A stretch of 37,744 nt of DNA, taken from a virus. Lineage: Duplodnaviria; Heunggongvirae; Uroviricota; Caudoviricetes. The position numbers and the translations under genes are program-made. The stretch lies in IMG/VR virus record IMGVR_UViG_2541047956_000006, one strand, 5' to 3'. A model generated the notes under the pieces. It had not been told where the DNA came from. It did not search any database and worked only from the letters and a program-made list of their open reading frames with translations. Shown in pieces: positions 30,335 to 37,744 of this stretch. Positions within the stretch are counted from its first letter, which is position 1. Each line of letters opens with the position of its first letter.

Positions 30335-31417
30335 ATGGCTTATTCACCACCGACATTATCATCGCTGATTGCCCGTACAGAACAGAATATTGAACAGCGC
30401 CTGCCGGGTAGCTGGCCTCAGGCCCGTGAAAAAACGCTGAGTGCCATTGCTTATGCTCAGGCGGGCCTTGCTGCCGGTTGTCACGAGCATATTTCATGGG
30501 TTGGACGGCAGATTATCCCGTCGACAGCAGATGAAGATGAGTTGCTGGAGCACTGCCGGTTCTGGGGCGTGCGCCGCAAACAGGCGACAGCCGCCAGCGG
30601 CCCGCTGACTGTCACCACATCGGCAGCGACCACCATTCCTGCCGGTACACGCTGGCAGCGTGCTGATGGTGTGGTTTACAGCCTGGCTGATGCCATTGTG
30701 ATTGACCGTGCAGGAACGACGGAAATTACCGTTACCGCACTGGCTGCCGGTGAGGCAGGAAATACCGGTGAGAATACCCTTTTAACGTTGATCACCCCGG
30801 TTGCCTGTGTTGTTTCCGATGCCATCACTGTAAAAGGGTTTTCCGGTGGGGCTGATATTGAGAGTGCAGCGGAGCTGCTGTCACGGCTGGAATATCGTGT
30901 CCAGTATCCTCCGTTCGGCGGTAATCAGTTTGATTATGTTCGCTGGGCGCGTGAAGTCAGCGGCGTTACCCGTGCCTGGTGTTTTCCGACATGGAAAGGC
31001 GGTGGCACAGTCGGGGTGACGTTTGTTATGGATAACCGGAGCAATATTTTTCCACAACCGGCAGACGTGGAACGCGTGGCGGATTATATCGCCGGTCATA
31101 CTGACCCGATCACTGGTCTGATTGTCGGACAGCCTGATGGTGTAAATGTCACGGTATTTGCGGCAAAGGCAAAGCCGGTAAATCCACGGATTTATATATC
31201 ACCGAAGACAGCCGAACTGAAACAGGCTATTACTCACGCCATTAATACCATGTTTTTTAATGAGGTGACGCCGGGCGGCGCACTTGCCCCCTCCCGTATT
31301 ATCCGTGCGGTGGCAGGTGTTACCGGTCTGGATGATTTTGAAGTGCGTTTCCCGACAGAGATCCAGCGTTCGGAGAATACGGAACTGTTAACACCGGGGA
31401 CAATTGAATGGCTGTAA
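30335..31417 (+). CDS. R: Baseplate J-like protein R
   Basis: 360 aa; Mu gene order. Confidence 0.85.
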   Translation: MAYSPPTLSSLIARTEQNIEQRLPGSWPQAREKTLSAIAYAQAGLAAGCHEHISWVGRQIIPSTADEDELLEHCRFWGVRRKQATAASGPLTVTTSAATTIPAGTRWQRADGVVYSLADAIVIDRAGTTEITVTALAAGEAGNTGENTLLTLITPVACVVSDAITVKGFSGGADIESAAELLSRLEYRVQYPPFGGNQFDYVRWAREVSGVTRAWCFPTWKGGGTVGVTFVMDNRSNIFPQPADVERVADYIAGHTDPITGLIVGQPDGVNVTVFAAKAKPVNPRIYISPKTAELKQAITHAINTMFFNEVTPGGALAPSRIIRAVAGVTGLDDFEVRFPTEIQRSENTELLTPGTIEWL

Positions 31418-31950
31418 CACCCTATCAGACGGCCTTTCTGCAATTACTGCCGTCAGGGCTTGCCTGGAATAAAAGCCCCGACAGCAAATTATCTGCGCTG
31501 GCGCAGGCCATCAGCGACGTGATTGCCACTGCGGCGGATGATGCGCGGCAAATGCTGCGGGAGCGTTTCCCGTCCACATCCCGCTGGTATCTGGGGGAGT
31601 GGGAATCATTTCTGGGGTTGCCTGACTGTACCAGCGAAAACGGCACCCTGTCCGAACGCCAGCGGGCTGCCGCGAATAAAATGCGTATGACCGGCAATCT
31701 GAGTCGGCGCTTTTATGAATGGCTGGCTGCGCAGTACGGTTTTACCGTCAGGCTGACGGATTCCACAGAAGGCCAGTGGGTTACGCAGGTCAATATTTAC
31801 GGTATTAAAAATTATCGCAACGCAACGGTGCTGGATAATGTTCTGACGCCGTTACGTGTTTATGAATCGGGTGCGCTGGAATGTTTACTGGAGAAATATA
31901 AACCCGCGCATCAGATTTATAAATTTGTTTACCATGACGGAGATAACTAA
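31408..31950 (+). CDS. Tail/baseplate protein preceding tail fibre
   Basis: 180 aa; position before S. Confidence 0.75.
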   Translation: MAVTPYQTAFLQLLPSGLAWNKSPDSKLSALAQAISDVIATAADDARQMLRERFPSTSRWYLGEWESFLGLPDCTSENGTLSERQRAAANKMRMTGNLSRRFYEWLAAQYGFTVRLTDSTEGQWVTQVNIYGIKNYRNATVLDNVLTPLRVYESGALECLLEKYKPAHQIYKFVYHDGDN

Positions 31951-33473
31951 TGTTTTATATTGATAACGACAGCGGCGTAACCGTCATGCCGCCCGTATCC
32001 GCCCAGCGTAGTGCTATCGTTCGCTGGTTTTCAGAAGGTGACGGGAATAATGTTATCACATGGCCCGGCATGGACTGGTTTAATATTGTGCAGGCGGAGT
32101 TATTAAACACGCTGGAAGAAGCCGGTATTCAACCGGATAAAACAAAATTAAACCAGCTTGCACTGTCCATTAAAGCCATTATGAGCAATAACGCGCTGCT
32201 GATAAAAAATAACCTCAGCGAAATTAAAACTGCCGGGGCATCAGCACAGCGTACAGCACGTGAAAATCTGGATATCTATGATGCCAGCCTGAACAAAAAA
32301 GGACTCGTTCAGCTAACCAGTGCCACTGACAGCCCCAGTGAAACGCTGGCAGCCACCGCAAAAGCGGTGAAAATTGCGATGGATAATGCCAATGCCCGTC
32401 TGGCAAAAGACCGGAACGGAGCAGATATTCCCAATAAGCCGCTGTTTATCCAAAACCTCGGTTTACAGGAAACGGTAAATCAGGCTTCTGGCGCATTACA
32501 GAAAAACCAGAACGGCGCAGATATTCCCGATAAAAAACTATTCCTGCGTAATATCGGCACAACAAATTCAACAACCATGTCTTTTAGTGGTGGTGCTGGA
32601 TGGTTCAAACTGGCAACTGTAACAATGCCACAAGCCAGTTCCGTGGTTTACATAAGCCTGATTGGTGGCGCAGGGTTTAACGTTGGCTCCCCGCATCAAG
32701 CAGGCATCTCTGAGCTGGTTCTGCGTGCCGGAAATGGAAATCCAAAAGGTATTACTGGTGCATTATGGCGACGGACCTCGGTTGGATTTACTAATTTTGC
32801 ATGGGTGAATACATCCGGTGATACCTATGATGTTTATGTTGAAATAGGTAATTACGCCACAGGTGTTAATATTCAGTGGGATTATACCAGTAACGCCAGC
32901 GTAACGATTCATACATCACCAACTTATACAGCGAATAAACCAACAGGCCTGACAGATGGAACTGTATATGTAATTTACAGTTCGCACATTAAACCGACAG
33001 CTGCTGAGGTTGGGGCGTTGTCATTATCTGGCGGTCAATTGAATGGTGCACTGGGCATCGGAACATCCAGTGCTCTTGGTGGTAACTCGATTGTTTTGGG
33101 TGATAATGACACGGGATTTAAACAAAATGGCGACGGGTATCTGGATGTTTATGCTAATAACGTCCATGTTATGCGCTTTGTCTCCGGCAGTATTCAAAGT
33201 AATAAAACCATAAATATTACAGGTCGTGTTAATCCCTCAGATTACGGTAACTTTGATTCCCGTTATGTGAAAGATGTTCGACTTGGTTCACAGCAATATT
33301 ATGGCGTGAAAAACTGGCAAACATGGAATTTCCAGTGCCCGTCAGGTCATGTATTGACTGGTATTAATGTTCAGGATACAGGGTCCAATTCTGCCGATAA
33401 TATAGCGGGCGTTTATTACAGACCCGTTCAAAAGTATATAAATGGCACCTGGTATAATGTAGCGAGCGTTTAA
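31950..33473 (+). CDS. S: Tail fibre protein S (constant part plus currently expressed variable part)
   Basis: 507 aa; the left gix inverted repeat lies inside the gene at 32446..32494, marking the constant/variable junction. Confidence 0.9.
   Translation: MFYIDNDSGVTVMPPVSAQRSAIVRWFSEGDGNNVITWPGMDWFNIVQAELLNTLEEAGIQPDKTKLNQLALSIKAIMSNNALLIKNNLSEIKTAGASAQRTARENLDIYDASLNKKGLVQLTSATDSPSETLAATAKAVKIAMDNANARLAKDRNGADIPNKPLFIQNLGLQETVNQASGALQKNQNGADIPDKKLFLRNIGTTNSTTMSFSGGAGWFKLATVTMPQASSVVYISLIGGAGFNVGSPHQAGISELVLRAGNGNPKGITGALWRRTSVGFTNFAWVNTSGDTYDVYVEIGNYATGVNIQWDYTSNASVTIHTSPTYTANKPTGLTDGTVYVIYSSHIKPTAAEVGALSLSGGQLNGALGIGTSSALGGNSIVLGDNDTGFKQNGDGYLDVYANNVHVMRFVSGSIQSNKTINITGRVNPSDYGNFDSRYVKDVRLGSQQYYGVKNWQTWNFQCPSGHVLTGINVQDTGSNSADNIAGVYYRPVQKYINGTWYNVASV
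32446..32494. repeat. Left inverted repeat of G segment containing gixL (26-mer at 32446..32471)
   Basis: TTATCCAAAACCTCGGTTTACAGGAA...; reverse complement present at 35483..35531 with 2 mismatches over 49 bp. Confidence 0.85.
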
Positions 33474-33474
33474 T

Positions 33475-34002
33475 ATGATGCACTTAAAGAACATAAAAGC
33501 GGGTAACGCTAAAACACTGGAACAGTATGAGTTAACAAAGAAACACGGAGTTATCTGGCTTTACTCTGAGGACGGAAAAAACTGGTATGAGGAAGTGAAA
33601 AACTTTCAGCCAGACACCATAAAGATTGTTTACGATGAAAATAATATTATTGTCGCCATCACCAAAGATGCCTCCACGCTTAACCCTGAAGGTTTTAGCG
33701 TCGTTGAGGTTCCCGATATAACAACCAATCGTCGGGCCGATGATTCCGGTAAGTGGATGTTTAAGGACGGAGCTGTGGTTAAACGGATTTATACAGCTGA
33801 CGAACAGCAACAACAGGCCGAATCACAAAAGGCCGCGTTACTTTCCGAAGCAGAAAGCGTTATTCAGCCACTGGAGCGCGCTGTCAGGCTGAATATGGCG
33901 ACGGATGAGGAACGCGCACGACTGGAATCATGGGAACGCTACAGTGTTCTGGTCAGCCGTGTGGATACGGCAAATCCTGAATGGCCACAAAAGCCTGAAT
34001 AA
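33475..34002 (+). CDS. U: Tail fibre assembly protein U
   Basis: 175 aa; N-terminal ~120 aa clearly paralogous to the minus-strand ORF at 34031..34564. Confidence 0.88.
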   Translation: MMHLKNIKAGNAKTLEQYELTKKHGVIWLYSEDGKNWYEEVKNFQPDTIKIVYDENNIIVAITKDASTLNPEGFSVVEVPDITTNRRADDSGKWMFKDGAVVKRIYTADEQQQQAESQKAALLSEAESVIQPLERAVRLNMATDEERARLESWERYSVLVSRVDTANPEWPQKPE

Positions 34003-34030
34003 AAATTAAGGCCCGATATCGGGCCTTCTC

Positions 34031-34564
34031 TCATTCTGGTTGTTCGGGAAACGTTACTGGCAGGCTGGAAGTGTCTGTAGATTCGACTTTCTGCGCAAAG
34101 AGCATCCACTCTGTTAATTTTTGTTTATTCTCGTCGGAAATGATGCCCAGCCGTAGCTGTGAGTCCCATAGCTGGGTTTTATCCCTGACAAGTTGCAACA
34201 GGCTTTGCTTTTCATTCTCTGCCTGCTGCCTCTGTTCCTCCTCGGTATAAGTTCGCTTTATCACTACGCCATCTTTGAACATCCATTTACCCGAAATATC
34301 AGCACGGCGATTTGCTGTAATATCAGGAACCTCAACGACGCTTGCGCCTTCTGGATTAATTGCTGAAACATCCTTTTCAATACAAATAATAACGCCGTTG
34401 TGGTCATAGACCATTTTCAACGTATCAGGCTGAAAGTTCTTTTGTTCCTCATACCAGTTTTTCCCATCCTCTGTATAAAGCCATTTGATGTTAAATTGTT
34501 TCGTTAGCTGGTATTGCTCTTTTGTTTTAGGGTTGCCAGCAGTAATATTTTTTAAGTGCATCAT
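34031..34564 (-). CDS. Alternative tail fibre assembly protein U'
   Basis: 177 aa, paralog of U, inside the G segment in inverted orientation. Confidence 0.85.
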   Translation of the reverse strand: MMHLKNITAGNPKTKEQYQLTKQFNIKWLYTEDGKNWYEEQKNFQPDTLKMVYDHNGVIICIEKDVSAINPEGASVVEVPDITANRRADISGKWMFKDGVVIKRTYTEEEQRQQAENEKQSLLQLVRDKTQLWDSQLRLGIISDENKQKLTEWMLFAQKVESTDTSSLPVTFPEQPE

Positions 34565-34566
34565 AA

Positions 34567-35518
34567 TTAAATACTCCCCGCGTTATACCACGTTCCATTA
34601 ATGCAATACTGAATTGGCCTTGCCTGAGTTGTATCAATTAATTCATCACGGTTTCCGTTAACTGAACCCGTAACGACATAACCTGACCTGTCAGACCAGC
34701 CGGGACCATTCCATGTCTGAACAGATGACAGACCGCCAAGGCGAATACCTGTAATAAACCTTGAGTTACATTCTGCCTGCGTGTATGCACCAACATCTCC
34801 CGCAGAGGGTTTGCGGGTTGTGGTGTAAAACTCTGACCAGTCAGCTTCAAAGCCATAACCATCACGCGCTGAACGATAAAAGATACCGCCATTTCTGTAA
34901 TTCACGCGGAACTGTACAGCAGGGCAGCTCCCCGTATTCATATTGAAGTGGAGGATTAATGTCGATGCGCCACCAATATTTGCGTTATAGACCCCGCTAT
35001 TCCAGTTCCAGCCAACAGCTTTATCATTTCCGACAGTGCTTCCTGTTTGCCCTAAAGCAAATGCAGACTGCTGGTTTTTCGTGTTGTAGTCTCGTCGCCA
35101 GCCAGGAGCATAAGCATCACCATGATTAATATAGGTGAATTGAGCGTTAGTAATTCCGCCACCGCTGGAAGTGCTCGGGGTGGTTACACGGATGGTCATG
35201 GCTCCTTTATTACCCATAACCTCAATAACGCAACCTGCAAGATGAATAGTTCCACAGCCAGTATCGGTAATAATTTTATTATTGCCGTATGACCATGAAC
35301 ATTTGCACATCCAGTATGGGTGATTGAATGCCCCTTGAGAATCCAGCCATTCAATCAATTGTGCCGTCGTCCAGTTTCCTGCACCTGTGCTAATAGCACC
35401 ATGAAAAGAGCGGCAAGCACCTATTGTTTGCGTAAATTTATCTTTGTTTGGAATATCTGCGCCATTCTGGTTTTTCTGCAACGCACCAGAAGCCTGATTT
35501 ACCGTTTCCTGTAAACCG
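34567..35518 (-). CDS. Alternative tail fibre variable C-terminal part S' (no own start; fused to the constant part of S after inversion)
   Basis: Open frame running into the right gix repeat; its first codons ([11 protein letters not shown]) repeat the sequence at the constant/variable junction of S. Track start at 35481 is a TTG. Confidence 0.8.
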
Positions 35519-35531
35519 AGGTTTTAGATAA
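35483..35531. repeat. Right inverted repeat of G segment containing gixR (26-mer at 35506..35531)
   Basis: Reverse complement of 32446..32494 with 2 mismatches. Confidence 0.85.
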
Positions 35532-35585
35532 TGGCTGTTTCCGGCCTGCATGGCATGATTTGCGCTTTTAAACGGGAGATCCAGA

Positions 35586-36167
35586 GTGCTGATTGGCTAT
35601 GTAAGGGTATCAACAAATGACCAGAATACAGACCTGCAACGAAACGCTCTTGTTTGTGCAGGATGTGAACAAATATTTGAAGATAAATTAAGCGGAACAA
35701 GGACAGACAGACCTGGATTAAAACGCGCTTTAAAGCGTCTTCAAAAAGGTGACACACTGGTTGTCTGGAAACTGGATCGCCTCGGGCGAAGCATGAAACA
35801 TTTGATTTCTCTCGTAGGGGAATTACGAGAGCGAGGGATTAATTTTCGCAGTCTTACTGACAGTATTGATACGTCATCTCCAATGGGGCGTTTTTTCTTC
35901 CACGTTATGGGTGCCCTGGCTGAGATGGAACGAGAACTAATCATCGAGAGAACGATGGCTGGACTTGCTGCTGCCAGAAATAAAGGCCGTATCGGTGGGC
36001 GACCACCTAAACTAACCAAAGCGGAATGGGAGCAGGCCGGGCGTTTATTAGCACAAGGAATCCCCCGCAAGCAGGTCGCATTGATCTACGATGTGGCCCT
36101 GTCAACGCTGTATAAAAAACACCCCGCCAAACGAACGCATATAGAAAACGACGATCGAATCAATTGA
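35586..36167 (+). CDS. gin: Gin DNA invertase (serine recombinase)
   Basis: 193 aa from GTG 35586; catalytic N-terminus LIGYVRVSTNDQ; matches Mu Gin as I recall it. Confidence 0.97.
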   Translation: MLIGYVRVSTNDQNTDLQRNALVCAGCEQIFEDKLSGTRTDRPGLKRALKRLQKGDTLVVWKLDRLGRSMKHLISLVGELRERGINFRSLTDSIDTSSPMGRFFFHVMGALAEMERELIIERTMAGLAAARNKGRIGGRPPKLTKAEWEQAGRLLAQGIPRKQVALIYDVALSTLYKKHPAKRTHIENDDRIN

Positions 36168-36261
36168 ATCGATCGGTAATACAGATCGATTATGCCCCAA
36201 TAACCACACTCAACCCACGATGTTTTTTAAGATAGTGGCGAATTGATGCAAAGGAGGTGAG
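36153..36261 (+). promoter_or_regulatory. mom promoter regulatory region with three clustered GATC (Dam) sites
   Basis: GATC at 36153, 36171 and 36184 within 35 bp, spanning the gin stop and upstream of com. Confidence 0.7.
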
Positions 36262-36450
36262 ATGAAATCAATTCGCTGTAAAAACTGCAACAAACTGTTA
36301 TTTAAGGCGGATTCCTTTGATCACATTGAAATCAGGTGTCCGCGTTGCAAACGTCACATCATAATGCTGAATGCCTGCGAGCATCCCACGGAGAAACATT
36401 GTGGGAAAAGAGAAAAAATCACGCATTCTGACGAAACCGTGCGTTATTGA
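36262..36450 (+). CDS. com: Com, zinc-finger translational activator of mom
   Basis: 62 aa with CKNC...CPRC; strong RBS AGGAGGTGAG; overlaps start of mom. Confidence 0.9.
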   Translation: MKSIRCKNCNKLLFKADSFDHIEIRCPRCKRHIIMLNACEHPTEKHCGKREKITHSDETVRY

Positions 36451-37096
36451 GTATGAAGGCCAGATTGTTGGCTATGGTTCAAAGGAACTGCGCGTTGAAA
36501 CCATATCCTGCTGGCTGGCCCGCACAATTATTCAGACAAAGCACTATTCCCGCCGTTTTGTGAATAACTCTTACCTCCACCTGGGAGTATTCAGCGGACG
36601 CGATCTGGTTGGCGTTCTCCAGTGGGGATATGCCCTTAACCCCAACTCAGGTCGTCGTGTCGTGCTTGAAACGGATAACCGGGGCTATATGGAGTTGAAT
36701 CGCATGTGGCTACACGACGACATGCCCCGCAACTCTGAATCACGGGCCATCAGCTACGCGCTGAAAGTTATCAGATTACTGTATCCGTCAGTGGAGTGGG
36801 TTCAGTCATTTGCTGACGAACGCTGCGGACGCGCAGGCGTTGTGTATCAGGCGTCGAATTTTGATTTTATTGGCAGCCATGAAAGCACGTTCTACGAGCT
36901 GGATGGTGAGTGGTATCACGAGATAACGATGAACGCGATTAAGCGGGGTGGACAACGAGGCGTGTATTTACGGGCTAATAAAGAGCGTGCCGTGGCGCAC
37001 AAATTTAATCAGTATCGCTACATCAGATTCCTGAACAAGCGAGCAAGGAAGCGGCTAAATACCAAACTATTCAGGGTTCAGCCATACCCTAAGTGA
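36371..37096 (+). CDS. mom: Mom DNA modification protein (start uncertain: ATG 36371 or GTG 36401)
   Basis: Last gene before right end; overlaps com in another frame. Confidence 0.85.
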   Translation: MPASIPRRNIVGKEKKSRILTKPCVIEYEGQIVGYGSKELRVETISCWLARTIIQTKHYSRRFVNNSYLHLGVFSGRDLVGVLQWGYALNPNSGRRVVLETDNRGYMELNRMWLHDDMPRNSESRAISYALKVIRLLYPSVEWVQSFADERCGRAGVVYQASNFDFIGSHESTFYELDGEWYHEITMNAIKRGGQRGVYLRANKERAVAHKFNQYRYIRFLNKRARKRLNTKLFRVQPYPK

Positions 37097-37116
37097 TCCC
37101 CATGTAATGAATAAAA

Positions 37117-37140
37117 AGCAGTAATTAATACTGCTGTTTC
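37117..37140 (+). terminator. Hairpin after mom, candidate terminator
   Basis: 7-bp stem AGCAGTA / TACTGCT with 5-nt loop followed by GTTTC. Confidence 0.55.
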
Positions 37141-37211
37141 ATTTGAAGCGCGAAAGCTAAAGTTTTCGCATTTATCGTGAAACGCTTTCGCGTTTTTCGT
37201 GCGCCGCTTCA
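37141..37211 (+). promoter_or_regulatory. Right end (attR) with MuA end-binding repeats R1-R3
   Basis: GCGAAAG/CGAAAA-type repeats in both orientations; terminal ...GCGCCGCTTCA. Confidence 0.8.
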
Positions 37212-37744
37212 GCCAGCGCGTCGTCAAACACATCCTGACGGTTGGCGTATTCTTTCATTAACGAGAGATCGTTAAGCGTGCCGGAGTACAGCAACCACAG
37301 CGGAACAATGGCAATCTGCATATGCAACAACCAGCGCCACAGCGGATGCGTGGAGATTCGGCGGATGGCATCGCTACAGGCCAGCAGTGCCAGCGCCGCA
37401 GCCAGCCAGAAACCACTTCCGAGGCAGGTACGCGCCAGCGCACTACCATTTTGCGCCAGTTGTGTCGCCGCCTTTCCAGCTCCCCACACCAGCAATACGA
37501 AGACGAATTGCGCCAGAATGAGTGCAAAAATGCTGCCTTTTTTAGCGGGAATAAAACAGGCTGTCAGCCAGGCGCAACCAACGCCCACCAGCATCCAGAG
37601 AGTTTGCGGCCACAGCTGCCAGAGATGACGCCCCTCACCCGAAACTAAACGATTAGGTGCGTAACTGATAAACGGCAGCGCCGCTGCGATTGCCGTCAGC
37701 AACAGCAGCAGCGCCAGAACAGGATTAATACGGAAATAAGTCAC
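37172..37744 (-). CDS. Host integral membrane protein, 5' portion; last 13 codons come from the prophage right end (gene split by insertion). 5' end runs off the window
   Basis: Minus-strand ORF with several hydrophobic helices; frame continues across the reconstructed empty site into 33..1. Confidence 0.7.
   Translation of the reverse strand: MTYFRINPVLALLLLLTAIAAALPFISYAPNRLVSGEGRHLWQLWPQTLWMLVGVGCAWLTACFIPAKKGSIFALILAQFVFVLLVWGAGKAATQLAQNGSALARTCLGSGFWLAAALALLACSDAIRRISTHPLWRWLLHMQIAIVPLWLLYSGTLNDLSLMKEYANRQDVFDDALAEAAHEKRESVSR
37212..37216. repeat. Target-site duplication, right copy (GCCAG)
   Basis: Identical to 29..33. Confidence 0.85.

Larger units (their letters stand above)
32459..35518. 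other. Invertible G segment (about 3.06 kb), currently in the orientation expressing S and U
   Basis: Bounded by gix inverted repeats; S/U on plus strand, paralogous U' and S' variable part on minus strand; gin adjacent. Confidence 0.85.
34..37211 (+). mobile_element. Mu-family transposable prophage, complete, D108-like immunity region
   Basis: Ends 5'-TGTATTGATTCACTTGAAGTACGAAAA ... CGTGCGCCGCTTCA-3'; flanking 5-bp direct repeat; full c-ner-A-B ... gin-com-mom gene order; no integrase. Confidence 0.95.

Noticed and set aside
1-37744. CRISPR arrays, tRNA/rRNA genes, integrase or att core typical of lambdoid prophages
   Set aside because: No regularly spaced direct repeats, no tRNA-like structures noticed and no tyrosine integrase; insertion is transpositional.

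Overview
The window is almost entirely one complete Mu-family transposable prophage (34..37211, 37,178 bp) inserted into a host membrane-protein gene. The ends are the Mu-type 5'-TG...CA-3' termini and are flanked by a 5-bp target-site duplication (GCCAG at 29..33 and 37212..37216). Gene order is the canonical Mu layout: repressor c (minus strand), ner, transposase A, B, kil, a block of small early genes including gam, gemA and mor, a middle operon ending in C, the lysis genes, then head and tail genes, the invertible G segment with gin, and com-mom at the right end. The repressor, ner and first ~70 residues of A differ from what I recall of Mu proper, which suggests a D108-like immunity region; this is from memory, not a database search. 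I see no tRNA, rRNA, CRISPR array or integrase. I did not find a clearly novel system: the most instance-specific signals are the insertion itself and the host gene it disrupts, a possible antisense small ORF inside the early operon (8182..8448), and a GH108-like muramidase gene plus an unlisted small membrane ORF in the middle operon. Protein family calls rest on recognisable motifs and remembered Mu protein sequences; no searches were run.
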